Source: an uncultured Gemmatimonadales bacterium
GTDB lineage: Bacteria > Gemmatimonadota > Gemmatimonadetes > Gemmatimonadales > Gemmatimonadaceae
NCBI GenBank assembly: GCA_963851265.1
Contig: CAWKNZ010000006.1
Span: 128,001 to 192,000, forward strand
Length of the DNA stretch: 64,000 bases
Reading direction: 5' to 3'
This document shows positions 52,278 through 63,404 of the stretch, one piece after another. Each line of letters opens with the position of its first letter. Positions within the stretch are counted from its first letter, which is position 1. Both the position numbers and the translations under genes were made by a program. The notes beneath the pieces were generated by a model that was not told the origin of the DNA, made no database searches, and saw only the letters and a program-made list of their open reading frames with translations.

Positions 52278-54785
52278 TTAGGCGCTCGGCCGCGCGGGCG
52301 CGCGGCGGCAGGCGATGGTGACCGCGCCCGCGGCGAGGTGCGGCGACGTCGCCTCGACGCGCAGCGCGCCCGGTTCGCGCGCCGCCTGGACGATCGCCGT
52401 CCCGAGCCCGTTGAAGGCGCGGCGCGTGGGGCCTCGGTCGCTCTCGTGGCTGCTCGGGTCGCCGTTGCCGACGCCGAGCAGCCGGCCGGCGCCCGAGGTG
52501 CGAAACTCGATCGCGTCGTTCGCGGTGGGCACCGTGCGCCCCGCGGCGTCGACGACGCGCGCCGTCACCACGGCCACGTCCGCGCCGTCGGCCGCGAGCT
52601 CGCCGCGGTCGGCGTCGAGCACGATGCGCGCGGCCGGCCCGGTCGTCTCGCGGCGCGCGACCAGCGCCTGCGCGCCGCCGCGGAAGCCGCGCGCCTCGAT
52701 CGCGCCCGGCGCGTACGGCACCTTCCACGCGGCGTGGCCGTAGCGCGGCACGTCGCGCGCGCCTAACGAGCGGCCGTTCAGGAACAGCTCGACGCGTTCG
52801 AGGTTGGTGTGGCACCAGACCTCGACGTCCTGCCCCTCCTTCCCGGCCCAGTTCCAGTGCGGGAAGAGGTGCAGGACCGGGCGGTCGGTCCACTGCGCCT
52901 GGTAGTAGTAGAAGAGGTCCTTCGGATTGCCGCACGTGTCGAGCACGCCGAAGTGCGAACTGATGCACGGCCACGTGTACGGCGTGGGCTCGCCGCGGTA
53001 GTCGAAGCCGGTCCAGATGAACCCGCCCGCGAGCCACGGCCGCACCGCGAACCGCGAGTACCAGGCCTCGGCGGTCGAGGCCCACCACGGCGCGTTGACG
53101 TCGTACGCGCTCACGTAGCCGCGCTCCGGGTCGTTGGCGTAGATGCCGCGCGTGGTGACCGTGCTCCCCTGTTCGGTGCCCCAGATCGGCAGGGCGGGGT
53201 GGGACTGGTGGAACGCGTCGGTCTGCGGCGCGCGGTAGTTGAAGCCGACCACGTCGAGCGCGGCGGTGATCCCCGTACCCCACCCCTGGTCCATCGCCGC
53301 GGTGATGGGCCGGGTCGGGTCGAGGCGGCGGACCACGCGTTTCATCGACTCGGCCACGCGCAGGCCGAGCGCGGTGCCCTGCGCGGGCTCCTCGTTGGCG
53401 ATCGACCACGCGATCACGCACGGCCGGTTGCGATCGCGGCGCAGCATCCGTTCGAGCTGGCTCTCGCCCTCCTCGCCCGACGAGAAGAGGCGCGTCTCGT
53501 CGACGACGAGCATCCCGGAGCGGTCGCACGCGTCGAGCAGCTCGGGCGCGGGCGGGTTGTGCGCGGTGCGGTAGGCGTTGACGCCCATCTCCTTGAGCCG
53601 CTCGACGCGGAAGCGGTGCAGCCGGTCGGGAAGCGCCGCGCCGACCCCGGCGTGGTCCTGATGGTTACACGTGCCCTTGATCTCGACGCGACGGCCGTTG
53701 AGGAAGAACCCCTGTGCCGCGTCGAAGCGGATCGTGCGGACGCCGAACGTCGTGTCGTAGCGGTCGACCGTCGTGCCGTCGACCTCGATCGTGGTGACCA
53801 GGGTGTAGAGGTGGGGCACGTCGGGCGACCAGAGCGCGGGCGACGCGACGCGCAGGCGCTGCTCCCGGTCGGCCCGATCCCACGCGGGTACTGGCACCGC
53901 GTCGAGGGCCGAGCTGGCGACGGTGCGCCCGGCCGCGTCGAGCACGGTCGAGACGACGCGGCACGTGGCGGGCGCGTCGGCCTCGTTCGCCACCTCGGTC
54001 ACGACGCGCACGACCGCGTCGCCGCCCGCGAGTTCGCTCGTGACGTAGGTGCCCCACTGCGGCACGTGTAGCGGCGCGGTCTTCACGAGCCACACGTGGC
54101 GGTAGATGCCCGCGCCCTCGTAGAACCACCCTTCGTGCTCGCTCGCGTCGACGCGCACGACGAGGACGTTGCTACCGCCGACGTTCGCGACGTCGGTGAC
54201 GTCGTAGCGGAAGGGTGCGTAGCCGCTGAGGTTGCGGCCGAGCAGGTGCCCGTTGAGCACGACCGTGGCGTCGCGGAACACGCCGTCGAATTCGAGCGAG
54301 AGTCGGCGTCCGGCGTCGGCCGCCGGGAGCGCGAACACCTTGCGGTACCACCCGATGCTCGTGTCGGGGTACTCGCGGTAGAGCGGCTTGAACCCCCAGT
54401 TGACGAGGCGCGGGTCGTCGACGAACGGAAGATCGACGGCCCAGTCGTGGGGGAGGTCCACGGCACGCCAGGCGGCATCGTCGAACTGGGCGCTCGACGG
54501 GGCGAACAGCGTGCCCGCCTTCGCGAACCCCGGGTCGGTGGCTGCGCCGAAGCCCATGGCGGGGTCGGCCCCACGGCCGAGCGAAAAGCGCCAGCCGGCG
54601 TCGAGGCACAGGCGCTCGCGCGGCGCGCCTGGCGGTGCCAGCGACGCAACGTCGGCGGGCGCGACGTCGGCCAACGCCCCGTCGGTGGGCGCAGCCAGCG
54701 CCTGCAGCATCGCGGGCCGGAGCGCGGTCGCGCCGGCGGCCGCGATCCCGCTCGTCAACACTTCCCGCCGCGTCCAGTTGCGCAT
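52278..54785 (-). CDS. GH2 beta-galactosidase, Tat-exported
   Basis: Twin-arginine leader TRREVL; LPHDW, LEFDGV, WFYEGAGIYRHV, NHQDHAGVG, RTAHNP, WSIANEE, GTE, WTGFDYRGEP. Confidence 0.92.
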   Translation of the reverse strand: MRNWTRREVLTSGIAAAGATALRPAMLQALAAPTDGALADVAPADVASLAPPGAPRERLCLDAGWRFSLGRGADPAMGFGAATDPGFAKAGTLFAPSSAQFDDAAWRAVDLPHDWAVDLPFVDDPRLVNWGFKPLYREYPDTSIGWYRKVFALPAADAGRRLSLEFDGVFRDATVVLNGHLLGRNLSGYAPFRYDVTDVANVGGSNVLVVRVDASEHEGWFYEGAGIYRHVWLVKTAPLHVPQWGTYVTSELAGGDAVVRVVTEVANEADAPATCRVVSTVLDAAGRTVASSALDAVPVPAWDRADREQRLRVASPALWSPDVPHLYTLVTTIEVDGTTVDRYDTTFGVRTIRFDAAQGFFLNGRRVEIKGTCNHQDHAGVGAALPDRLHRFRVERLKEMGVNAYRTAHNPPAPELLDACDRSGMLVVDETRLFSSGEEGESQLERMLRRDRNRPCVIAWSIANEEPAQGTALGLRVAESMKRVVRRLDPTRPITAAMDQGWGTGITAALDVVGFNYRAPQTDAFHQSHPALPIWGTEQGSTVTTRGIYANDPERGYVSAYDVNAPWWASTAEAWYSRFAVRPWLAGGFIWTGFDYRGEPTPYTWPCISSHFGVLDTCGNPKDLFYYYQAQWTDRPVLHLFPHWNWAGKEGQDVEVWCHTNLERVELFLNGRSLGARDVPRYGHAAWKVPYAPGAIEARGFRGGAQALVARRETTGPAARIVLDADRGELAADGADVAVVTARVVDAAGRTVPTANDAIEFRTSGAGRLLGVGNGDPSSHESDRGPTRRAFNGLGTAIVQAAREPGALRVEATSPHLAAGAVTIACRRAPARPSA

Positions 54786-55021
54786 CAGATGCTGTGAGTG
54801 CACCAAAGAATCGCCACCGTTCGCGATGCGCCGGACGACGGTGGCAGGCCCGAATGCACGTGCGGCGCGAACCGGCTGAACGCCGCCGAACGCTACCGAA
54901 CGGTTTCGGAACCAGGTAATTGTGGTACCAATCGTGCCGCGCCGCGACTGACGTGTCAAGTCGGAATCCGGCGAATCCGCCCGTCGGCGCGCTTAGAATC
55001 CACTCAATGCTCAAACCTGAC

Positions 55022-57682
55022 ATGCGCGCTCTACAGGTAGGGCTCGCCGCGATCCTGGGCTGTAGTGCGCTCGCGGGCGCGGGGGCGCAACCGGCGAACG
55101 TGCGCGGCGCCGCCGCGCGTGCGGACGCTCCGGGGGCGGCAACTCGCGCCGCGTACGTCGACGCCGCCGGCGTGATCCGCTGGCGCGACACGCGCGACGA
55201 GGTCGCCCTCTTCGGCGCGAACTACACGCTGCCGTCGGCCTCCGACTACCGCGCCGCGGGCTACCTCGGACTGGACCGTAAGCGCCAGATCGACGCCGAC
55301 CTCGGGCAGTTCGCGCGCATGGGGTGGGACGCGATCCGCCTGTCGTTCTGGGGCGACTGGGAAAACTCGGACTCCGCCGGCAACCTCGTCGCCAACGATC
55401 ACCTCGACCTGCAGGACTACCTGATCGCGAAGGCGCACGAGCGCGGCATCTACATGCTCCTGAGCCCGATCGTGACGTACGAGGCCACGTGGCCGGACGC
55501 GCTCGCCGACACGCGGCGGCAGCCGGGGTTCAGCAACCACTTCGCGAAGTGCGAGTTAGGCACGAGCCCCGCCGCGATCGCCGCGCAGGCCAACTACCTG
55601 CGGCAGGTGCTGAACCACGTCAACCCGTACACCGGCGTGGCGCTCAAGGACGAGCCGGCGATCCCGTTCGTCGAGATGATCAACGAGCCCTGCCACCACG
55701 CGGACGACCCCGCGCGCTCGGTGCGCTACATCGACGCGCTCGTCGCGGCGGTGCGCGGCACGGGTTCGAAGCAGATCCTCTTCCACAACGTCAGCCAGGA
55801 CTTCGCGATCGCCGAGCCGATCCGGCGGTCGGCCGTGCAGGGCGCGACGTTCGGCTGGTACCCCACGGGGCTCAACTCGGGGCACGAGTTGCAGGGCCAG
55901 TACCTGCGCACCGTCGACGACTACGGGCCGATGCGCACGCCCGCGCTGGCCGGCCGGCCGCGCATCGTCTACGAGTTCGACTCGCCCGACCTGCGCACCG
56001 GCTACATGTATCCCGCGATGGCGCGGACCTTCCGCTCGGTGGGCGCGCAGTTCGCGGCGATGTTCGCCTACGACATGCTGGGGACGGCGTCGCGCAACCT
56101 CGGCTGGCAGACGCACTACCTCAACCTCGTCTACACGCCGCGCAAGGCGATGAGCGCGGTGGTCGCGGCCGAAGTCATGCGGCGGCTGCCGCGCGGCCAG
56201 CGTTACGGCGCGTACCCGGCCAACACGCGCTTCGGCGATTTCCGCGTCAGCGCCGACGAGAACCTCGGCGAGCTCGTCGCGCCCGACGCGTTCATCTACG
56301 CGGGGTCGACGCGCAGCGTCCCGCCGCGGCCGGCCGCGCTGCGGCGCGTGGCGGGTTACGGTTCGTCGCCGGTCGTCACTTATGAGGGCGAGGGGGTCTA
56401 CTTCCTCGACAAGGTGCGCGACGGTCTGTGGCGGCTCGAGGTGTACCCCGACGCGGTGCCCGTGCGCGACCCGTTCGAGCTGCCGAGTCGCGACAAGGTG
56501 GTCACGCGGGCACTGGACGCGGCACGGCCGATGACGGTCGCGCTCCCCGACCTCGGGCCGGCCTTCACGGTCCAGTCGGTTCCCGACGGGGCGGCGCCGG
56601 GGTCGTCGGCGACCGCCGCGGCGGGCCGGTTCGACGTGAGGCCCGGCGTCTACGTACTGAGCGCCCGCGGGCCCGTCACCCGTGCCGCGCTGCCGGCGAC
56701 GCTCGGGCGCCTGCGGTTCGACGAGTACCACGCCCCTCCGCGCGACACCGTCCCGCTCCGCGTGACGATGCTCACCGCGGGCGACCACGTCGCGGGCCGC
56801 CCGGCGACGGTGGTCGCCGGCGTCGTGGACACCGCCGCGCCCGGCCGCGTCGTGCTCTGGATGCGCCGGGCCGCGTCCGGCGGGTTCCGCCCATTCCCGA
56901 TGGCGCCGTCGCGCCCGTACGAGTACGCCGCGCGCCTGCCGCCCGACGCGCTACGCGAGGGCGCGTACGAGTACGTCGTCAGCGTCACGCGCGGCGACTC
57001 GGTCACCACGTTCCCCGAGGGGCTGCACCGTCAGCCCGGGGACTACGACTTCGACGGCCAGCAGTTCTGGACGACCACCGTCGTCGCGCCTAACACCCCG
57101 CTGCGGTTGTTCGAGCCCGCGGGCGACGCCGGGCGCCTGGCGTTCACGCGCGTCGGCGACGGCGGGCGCGAGGGGCTCTTCCGCGTCGTGCCGTCGTCGG
57201 CCACCGGCGCACCCGCGTTCCACCTCGAGCTGCCGGTCGTGCGCGGGCGCGGCCTCGACGACTACACCGCGTCGCTCGTCGTGCAGGACCGGATCACGCC
57301 GCGCGCGGACGACCTCGCGCGGGCCGACCGCCTCACGCTGCGCGCGCGCGGGCTCGTACCGGCGCAGCTGGTGCACGTCACCCTCGTCGAGCACGACGGC
57401 ACGAGTTGGGGCGCCGCCGTTCGGCTCGACACGGCGTGGGGTGAGCACACCGTGCGGATCGCGGACCTCGCGCCGGTGCGCAGCGCGATGCTGCCCGAAG
57501 CCTTCCCGGGCGAGTGGAGCTACTGGGTGGGCCCGGCGGCCGGCCGAGGCGTGACCGGTGACCGCCCCCGACTCGCGAACGTCGAGCGGCTGCAGCTCTC
57601 GTTGCGCGGAGCGGACGCGCTCTCGCCCGTTTCAGGCGCGGCGGGCGTCGAAGTTGAATCGGTGACACTCACCTTCCCGTGA
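55022..57682 (+). CDS. Secreted clan GH-A glycoside hydrolase (GH5-like, possibly GH147) with long C-terminal extension
   Basis: Signal peptide; FGANY, LNHVNPYTG, EMINEP (acid/base), IVYEFD (candidate nucleophile), MFAYD, HYLNLVYTP. Family number is from memory and unverified. Confidence 0.7.
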   Translation: MRALQVGLAAILGCSALAGAGAQPANVRGAAARADAPGAATRAAYVDAAGVIRWRDTRDEVALFGANYTLPSASDYRAAGYLGLDRKRQIDADLGQFARMGWDAIRLSFWGDWENSDSAGNLVANDHLDLQDYLIAKAHERGIYMLLSPIVTYEATWPDALADTRRQPGFSNHFAKCELGTSPAAIAAQANYLRQVLNHVNPYTGVALKDEPAIPFVEMINEPCHHADDPARSVRYIDALVAAVRGTGSKQILFHNVSQDFAIAEPIRRSAVQGATFGWYPTGLNSGHELQGQYLRTVDDYGPMRTPALAGRPRIVYEFDSPDLRTGYMYPAMARTFRSVGAQFAAMFAYDMLGTASRNLGWQTHYLNLVYTPRKAMSAVVAAEVMRRLPRGQRYGAYPANTRFGDFRVSADENLGELVAPDAFIYAGSTRSVPPRPAALRRVAGYGSSPVVTYEGEGVYFLDKVRDGLWRLEVYPDAVPVRDPFELPSRDKVVTRALDAARPMTVALPDLGPAFTVQSVPDGAAPGSSATAAAGRFDVRPGVYVLSARGPVTRAALPATLGRLRFDEYHAPPRDTVPLRVTMLTAGDHVAGRPATVVAGVVDTAAPGRVVLWMRRAASGGFRPFPMAPSRPYEYAARLPPDALREGAYEYVVSVTRGDSVTTFPEGLHRQPGDYDFDGQQFWTTTVVAPNTPLRLFEPAGDAGRLAFTRVGDGGREGLFRVVPSSATGAPAFHLELPVVRGRGLDDYTASLVVQDRITPRADDLARADRLTLRARGLVPAQLVHVTLVEHDGTSWGAAVRLDTAWGEHTVRIADLAPVRSAMLPEAFPGEWSYWVGPAAGRGVTGDRPRLANVERLQLSLRGADALSPVSGAAGVEVESVTLTFP

Positions 57683-58674
57683 CCTCCATCCGACCCATGC
57701 CCGCGTCCGACCGCTACGACCAGATTCCCTACCGCCGCTGCGGCCGCAGCGGCCTCCTGCTGCCGGCCATCTCGCTCGGCCTGTGGCACAACTTCGGAAC
57801 CGTCGACGTCTACGAAACGGGGCGGGCGATCATCCTCCGCGCGTTCGACCTCGGCGTCACGCACTTCGACCTCGCCAACAACTACGGGCCGGTCCCCGGC
57901 TCGGCGGAGGAGACGTTCGGGCGCGTACTGTCGCGCGACCTCGCGGGCTACCGCGACGAGCTGATCATCTCGTCGAAGGCCGGCTACCGCATGTGGCCGG
58001 GCCCGTACGGCGAATGGGGGTCGCGCAAGTACCTGCTCGCGAGTCTCGACCAGAGTCTCGCGCGCATGGGGCTCGACTACGTCGACATCTTCTACTCGCA
58101 CCGCCCCGACCCCGACACGCCGGTCGAGGAGACGATCCTCGCGCTCGACCAGGCCGTGCGGCAGGGGAAGGCGCTCTACGCGGGGCTCTCCAACTACAGC
58201 GCCGAGCAGACGCGCGCCGCGGTCGCGGTCGCGCGCGAGGTGCGACTCCCGCTCGTCATCCACCAGCCGAAGTACAGCATGTTCGAGCGCACGCCCGAGC
58301 AGGGGCTACTCGACGTGCTGACCGAGGAGGGGATCGGGGCGATCGCGTTCTCGCCGCTCGCGCAGGGGCTGCTGACGGACCGCTATCTCCGCGACATCCC
58401 GGCCGACTCGCGTGCGGCCAAGGATCACGGGTTCCTGCAGGCCGCCGCGATCACGGACGAGCGGCGGGCGCAGATCCGGGCGCTCGGCGAGATCGCAGCG
58501 GGGCGGGGGCAGACGCTCGCGCAACTGGCGCTCGCCTGGGTGCTCCGGAAGCCGGCCGTGACGTCGGCGCTGATCGGGGCGAGCCGGGTGGAGCAGCTGG
58601 AGCAGAATCTTGCGGCGTTGCGGAATCTGACGTTAGGCGACGACGAGCAGGCGGCGATCGAGCGGCTGCTCTGA
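57679..58674 (+). CDS. mgrA: Aldo/keto reductase, MgrA/YghZ (L-glyceraldehyde-3-phosphate reductase) type
   Basis: GTGA overlap (alternative ATG 57697); SLGLWHNFG, HFDLANNYGP, SSKAGY.MWPGPYGEWGSRKY, YVDIFYSHRPD, FSPLAQG. Confidence 0.88.
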   Translation: MTSIRPMPASDRYDQIPYRRCGRSGLLLPAISLGLWHNFGTVDVYETGRAIILRAFDLGVTHFDLANNYGPVPGSAEETFGRVLSRDLAGYRDELIISSKAGYRMWPGPYGEWGSRKYLLASLDQSLARMGLDYVDIFYSHRPDPDTPVEETILALDQAVRQGKALYAGLSNYSAEQTRAAVAVAREVRLPLVIHQPKYSMFERTPEQGLLDVLTEEGIGAIAFSPLAQGLLTDRYLRDIPADSRAAKDHGFLQAAAITDERRAQIRALGEIAAGRGQTLAQLALAWVLRKPAVTSALIGASRVEQLEQNLAALRNLTLGDDEQAAIERLL

Positions 58675-58679
58675 TGAAA

Positions 58680-58721
58680 GGGCGGCGGGGTGGGCCGGCG
58701 CGCCGGCCCACCCCGCCGCCC
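58680..58721. terminator. Perfect 42-bp palindrome between convergent genes; probable bidirectional terminator
   Basis: GGGCGGCGGGGTGGGCCGGCG|CGCCGGCCCACCCCGCCGCCC; preceded by AAA (a short U tract on the minus strand). Confidence 0.7.
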
Positions 58722-58727
58722 CCACGC

Positions 58728-59504
58728 TCACCGCGTCCGCCGAATCCCCCTCGACGGCCACTGCTCCACGTGATGCTTGATCTGCTTCCCCTCGGCGAGA
58801 TACACCGCATCCTCGCCGATATTGGTCGCCAGATCCGCCACGCGCTCCAGATTGCGGCTCACGAGCAGGTGCTCGAGTGACGCGTTGATGGTGCGCGGGT
58901 CGCTCATCATGTGCGTGATGAGGATGCGGAACACCGACTCGTGCAGCGAGTCGACCTGGTCGTCGCGCCCGCAGACGTCGCGGCCGAGCGCGCCGTCGCC
59001 GCGCGTGAACGCGGTGATCGAGTCGCTCAGCATCTCGCGCGCGCGCTCCGCCATGTCCGAGATCTCGGGCGTCGGCAGGAGACCGGAGCGGTTCGCGGTG
59101 AGGCGGAGCGTGGACTGCGCGATGTTGACGGCGTGATCGCCCACGCGCTCGAGGTCGCTCGACACCTTGATGGCACCGATGACGAAGCGCAGGTCGCGCG
59201 CGAGCGGCTGCTGCAGCGCGAGGAGCGAGATGGCGAGCTGCTCGACGACGAGTTCGAGCTGGTCGAGCTCGTCGTCGTTGGCGATCACGGCCTGCGCGAG
59301 GCCCTCGTCCTCCTGGAGCAGCGCGTTGACGCTCAACTCCACGAGGGCCTCGGCTTTATGCGCCATCTCGAGCAGCCGCTGCTTCAGCGTCTCGAGATCT
59401 TCGTGAAAGTGCCGGTACCCCGAGGCCGACGCGGCCGACGTGGGGGCGGCCGGCCGTGCGGGGGTCGGCTCCCCGTCGGTGGGGGCGACGATCGGTGCGG
59501 TCAT
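58728..59504 (-). CDS. phoU: Phosphate signalling protein PhoU
   Basis: ATGA overlap with pst[38 protein letters not shown]. Confidence 0.95.
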   Translation of the reverse strand: MTAPIVAPTDGEPTPARPAAPTSAASASGYRHFHEDLETLKQRLLEMAHKAEALVELSVNALLQEDEGLAQAVIANDDELDQLELVVEQLAISLLALQQPLARDLRFVIGAIKVSSDLERVGDHAVNIAQSTLRLTANRSGLLPTPEISDMAERAREMLSDSITAFTRGDGALGRDVCGRDDQVDSLHESVFRILITHMMSDPRTINASLEHLLVSRNLERVADLATNIGEDAVYLAEGKQIKHHVEQWPSRGIRRTR

Positions 59505-60331
59505 CCGAACCTCCCGGTGATGTACGCTTCCGTGCGGTCCTCGCGCGGACTCGTGAAGATGCGATCCGTCTCGCCGACTTCGACGAGGCGGCCGAGGTAG
59601 AAGAACGCCGTGTGATCCGAAATGCGCGCCGCCTGCTGCAGGTTGTGCGTGACGATGACGACGGTCAACTCGCGCTTCAGCTCGTACAGCAGTTCCTCGA
59701 TCTTCTGCGTCGCGATCGGGTCGAGCGCCGAGGCCGGCTCGTCGAGCAGGAGCACCTCGGGTTCGTTGGCCAGCGCGCGCGCGATGCAGAGGCGCTGCTG
59801 CTGGCCTCCGGAGAGACTCAACGCGCTCGAGTCGAGGCGGTCCTTGACCTCGTCCCACAGCGCGGCGCGGCGGAGCGAGCTCTCGACGATTCCGTCGAGC
59901 GCACGGCGCTGGCGCGTGCCGTTGACGCGCGGGCCGTACGCGACGTTGTCGTAGATCGAGCGCGGGAAGGGGTTCCAGCGCTGGAACACCATCCCCACGC
60001 GCTGCCGGAGCGCCGTGAGGTCGTAATTGCGGTCGTAGACGTCGGTCCCGTCGAGTTCGAGCGCTCCCGTGTGCCGCACGCCCGGCAGCAGCGCGTTGAG
60101 CCGGTTGATGGAGCGCAGGAACGTCGACTTGCCGCACCCGGACGGCCCGATGAACGCCGTGACCGCGTGGGCCGGAATGCCGAGGTCGATGTCGAACAGG
60201 GCCTGCTTGGGGCCGTACCAGAACGAGAACTTGCGCGCGGTGATCGTTCCGTGGCCGGTCGCGTCGCCAGCCGACGGCGCGCCGGTCGTCGGCACCGCGG
60301 CCCGAGCCGGCGGCTGCGGCGCGACCGTCAC
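59501..60331 (-). CDS. pstB: Phosphate ABC transporter ATPase PstB (distal copy)
   Basis: [57 protein letters not shown] overlap. Confidence 0.95.
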   Translation of the reverse strand: MTVAPQPPARAAVPTTGAPSAGDATGHGTITARKFSFWYGPKQALFDIDLGIPAHAVTAFIGPSGCGKSTFLRSINRLNALLPGVRHTGALELDGTDVYDRNYDLTALRQRVGMVFQRWNPFPRSIYDNVAYGPRVNGTRQRRALDGIVESSLRRAALWDEVKDRLDSSALSLSGGQQQRLCIARALANEPEVLLLDEPASALDPIATQKIEELLYELKRELTVVIVTHNLQQAARISDHTAFFYLGRLVEVGETDRIFTSPREDRTEAYITGRFG

Positions 60332-61281
60332 CCGAACCGCCCGGTGATGTACGCTTCCGTGCGGTGGTCGGCCGGCGTGGTGAACAGGGTGCGGGTGTCC
60401 GACACCTCGACCAGTTGGCCCGCGAGCATGAACGCGGTACGGTCCGAGACGCGTGCCGCCTGCTGCATGCTGTGTGTGACGATGGCGACCGTGATCTCGC
60501 GCTTCAGCTCGTGCACCAGCTCCTCGACGCGCTGCGTGCTGATCGGGTCGAGCGACGCGGTGGGCTCGTCGAGCAGGAGCACCTCGGGTTCGTTGGCGAG
60601 CGCGCGCGCGATGCAGAGGCGCTGCTGCTGCCCGCCCGAGAGGCCGACCGCGCTCGCGCCGAGGCGGTCCTTGACCTCGTCCCACAGTGCGGCGCGGCGC
60701 AGCGCGCGCTCGACGATTGCGCCGTGTTCGGCGCGCTTCGGCTGGTCGCTCCCCATCGTGCGCAGCCCGGCGAGCACGTTCTCGCGGATCGACATCGTAG
60801 GGAACGGCGTCGGGCGCTGGAACACCATGCCGACGAGGCGGCGTACCGAGACCGGGTTCGCACCGCGCGCGTAGATGTCGTGGCCGTCGAGGCGCACCGA
60901 CCCGCCGACGCGCGCGCCGGGCGCGGTCTCGTGCATCCGGTTGAAGCAGCGCAGGAGCGTCGACTTGCCGCACCCGGACGGCCCGATGATCGCGGTCACC
61001 TCGTGCTCGGTGAACTCGAGCGACACCTGCTTCACGGCGTGCGTCGCGCCGAAGTACGCGTCGAGGCGGTCGGCGGCGAGCCGCGTGCGCCGCGGCGGCG
61101 CGGCCTGCCGCGCGGCGACGGCCGCCTCGTCCTGTTCGGGGAGCGCGACCGCTGCGCCGAGCGAGCGGTCCGCGCGCGCGGCCGTGGTCGGAATCGGGCG
61201 CTCCTGGTCGGTGAGGGTCGTGCCGGGCGCCGTCGCCGGCGCGCGGGGAACCGTGACGGGCACTTCGATGGCCGGGGTCAT
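60328..61281 (-). CDS. pstB: Phosphate ABC transporter ATPase PstB (proximal copy)
   Basis: [48 protein letters not shown]. Confidence 0.95.
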   Translation of the reverse strand: MTPAIEVPVTVPRAPATAPGTTLTDQERPIPTTAARADRSLGAAVALPEQDEAAVAARQAAPPRRTRLAADRLDAYFGATHAVKQVSLEFTEHEVTAIIGPSGCGKSTLLRCFNRMHETAPGARVGGSVRLDGHDIYARGANPVSVRRLVGMVFQRPTPFPTMSIRENVLAGLRTMGSDQPKRAEHGAIVERALRRAALWDEVKDRLGASAVGLSGGQQQRLCIARALANEPEVLLLDEPTASLDPISTQRVEELVHELKREITVAIVTHSMQQAARVSDRTAFMLAGQLVEVSDTRTLFTTPADHRTEAYITGRFG

Positions 61282-61286
61282 GGAGG

Positions 61287-62201
61287 TCAGTCGCCGCCAG
61301 CGCCGTAGCGCGTGCGCGTCGCGTAGCGGGCCGCGACACTGAGAACGAAGATCAGGAGCAGCAGCACGAGCGCGCCCGCCCACGCCTGCGCGTGCCATTC
61401 GTCGTACGGACTGATGGCGTAGTTGAAGATCTGCAGCGGCATGGCCGCGATCGGCTGCGTGGGCGAGAACGACCAGAACTGGTTGCCGAGCGCGGTGAAG
61501 AGTAGCGGCGCGGTCTCGCCCGCGATGCGCGCGACGGCGACCAGGGCGCCCGTCGCGATGCCGGGGAGCGCGGTGCGCAGCACGATGGTCAGCGACGTGC
61601 GCCACCGCGGGTACCCGAGCGCCAGCGCGGCCTCGCGCAGGGCGTTGGGCACGGTGCGGATCAGCTCCTCGGTGGTGCGGGTGAGGAGCGGGATCATCAT
61701 CACGCCCAACGCAACGCCGCCGGCGAGCGCCGAGAAGTGGTGCACGGGCCGGACGAGCAGGGCCCAGGCGAAGATGCCGATCACGATCGACGGCATGCCG
61801 TTGAGCACGTCCGACAGGAAGCGGACGGCCGTGGCGAGCGGGCCGCCGCGGAACTCGGCCAGGTAGATGCCCGCGCCGATGCCGACGGGGAGGCCGATCA
61901 CGCACGCCATCCCGACCAGCACGAGCGTGCCGACGATGGCGTTCCCCATCCCGCCGCCGGCGTCGCCCACGGGGGCGGGGCCGTGCGTGAAGAAGTTCAG
62001 GTTGATGGAGCTGAACCCGACCTTGAACAGGTAGAACAGGATGAACAGCAGCGGCAGCACGGCCACCACCGCGGCGGCGCCGAGCAGGCCCAGCATGATC
62101 GCGTTGACGACCGTGCGGCGGTGCTTGAGGGCCGCACTCCCGCGCGCGCGCGGCGGGACGGGGCGCGGGGCCGACGGGACGGGCAGGGCGGCCGTCGTCA
62201 C
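61287..62201 (-). CDS. pstA: Phosphate ABC transporter permease PstA
   Basis: [39 protein letters not shown]. Confidence 0.95.
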   Translation of the reverse strand: MTTAALPVPSAPRPVPPRARGSAALKHRRTVVNAIMLGLLGAAAVVAVLPLLFILFYLFKVGFSSINLNFFTHGPAPVGDAGGGMGNAIVGTLVLVGMACVIGLPVGIGAGIYLAEFRGGPLATAVRFLSDVLNGMPSIVIGIFAWALLVRPVHHFSALAGGVALGVMMIPLLTRTTEELIRTVPNALREAALALGYPRWRTSLTIVLRTALPGIATGALVAVARIAGETAPLLFTALGNQFWSFSPTQPIAAMPLQIFNYAISPYDEWHAQAWAGALVLLLLIFVLSVAARYATRTRYGAGGD

Positions 62202-63301
62202 GCGGCGCTCCCCGGGCTGCGCGAGACGCGCCAGACGAGCCACCGCGCGATCGCGTTGACGAGGAGCGTGATCGCGAAGAGCACCACGCCGACGGCCATG
62301 AGGGCGGAGAGGTGGATGTCGCTCGACGCCTCGGAGAACTCGTTCGCGATGAGCGAGGCCATGGTATAGCCGGGCTTGAAGAGCGACGCCGCGATGTCCT
62401 GCCGGTTGCCGATCACCATCGTCACGGCCATCGTCTCGCCGAGCGCGCGACCGAGGCCGAGGATGATGCCGCCGATGATGCCCGACTTGGCGTACGGGAT
62501 GACTGCGCCGCGGATGGTCTCCCACCGCGTCGCGCCCAACGCGAGCGCGGCCTCGCGCTGCGAGCGCGGCACGACGAGCAGCACCTCGCGCGAGACCGAC
62601 GAGATGTAGGGCAGCACCATGATCGCGAGGATCACCCCCGCGGCGAAGACGCTCGGGCCGTACGGCGCGCCGCTGAAGAGCGGGAAACTGCCGAGGTGCA
62701 GGTCGCGTTGAATGAAGGGCATGACGTGCTCGCGGAGCAGCGGAATGAGCACGAACACGCCCCAGAGCCCGTACACGACGCTCGGCACCGCGGCGAGCAG
62801 GTCGACGAGGAAGCCGAGCGGCGCGCGCAGCCAGCCGGGCGCGAGCTCCGAGATGAACACCGCGACGCCCAGGGCGAGGGGCGTCGCGAGCAGGAGCGCG
62901 AGGATGGAGGTGACGATCGTGCCGAAGATCGCCGGCCCGGCGCCGAACTGCCCCTGCACCGGGTCCCAGTCGGTCGAGACGAGGAAGTGCGGGCCGAACT
63001 GCCGCAGCGCCGGCCACCCCGCCGACACCACCTCGATCGCGAGCAGGAGCAGCAGGACGGGGATGCAGGCGGCGAAGAAGGTCACCGTCCAGCGGTAGAT
63101 CGAGTCGCCGACTGCGCGGCCGGCCAACTGCTCGGCGGCGACCGGCTCGGCGGGACCGTCGGCGACCGGCGGAACGCTCGGCGGCGGCGCCCCGGCCGGA
63201 GGCGGAGCCGGCGGGGGCAACGGGGCCCGAACCGGGGCCGTACTCACAGACGTCGCCAGGGTCGCCGCAGCCGCGTCGGACGGGAGGGTCAGGTCAGACA
63301 T
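62198..63301 (-). CDS. pstC: Phosphate ABC transporter permease PstC
   Basis: [52 protein letters not shown]. Confidence 0.95.
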   Translation of the reverse strand: MSDLTLPSDAAAATLATSVSTAPVRAPLPPPAPPPAGAPPPSVPPVADGPAEPVAAEQLAGRAVGDSIYRWTVTFFAACIPVLLLLLAIEVVSAGWPALRQFGPHFLVSTDWDPVQGQFGAGPAIFGTIVTSILALLLATPLALGVAVFISELAPGWLRAPLGFLVDLLAAVPSVVYGLWGVFVLIPLLREHVMPFIQRDLHLGSFPLFSGAPYGPSVFAAGVILAIMVLPYISSVSREVLLVVPRSQREAALALGATRWETIRGAVIPYAKSGIIGGIILGLGRALGETMAVTMVIGNRQDIAASLFKPGYTMASLIANEFSEASSDIHLSALMAVGVVLFAITLLVNAIARWLVWRVSRSPGSAA

Positions 63302-63404
63302 AGGAGGCGGGCGGAAACCTAGGCGTGCCGGTCAAGAGGGGAGAGGCGAGCCGACCGGGGCGTTGTAACGACGTGGTCACAGGCCCCGGGGCTGCGCGTC
63401 CCGG

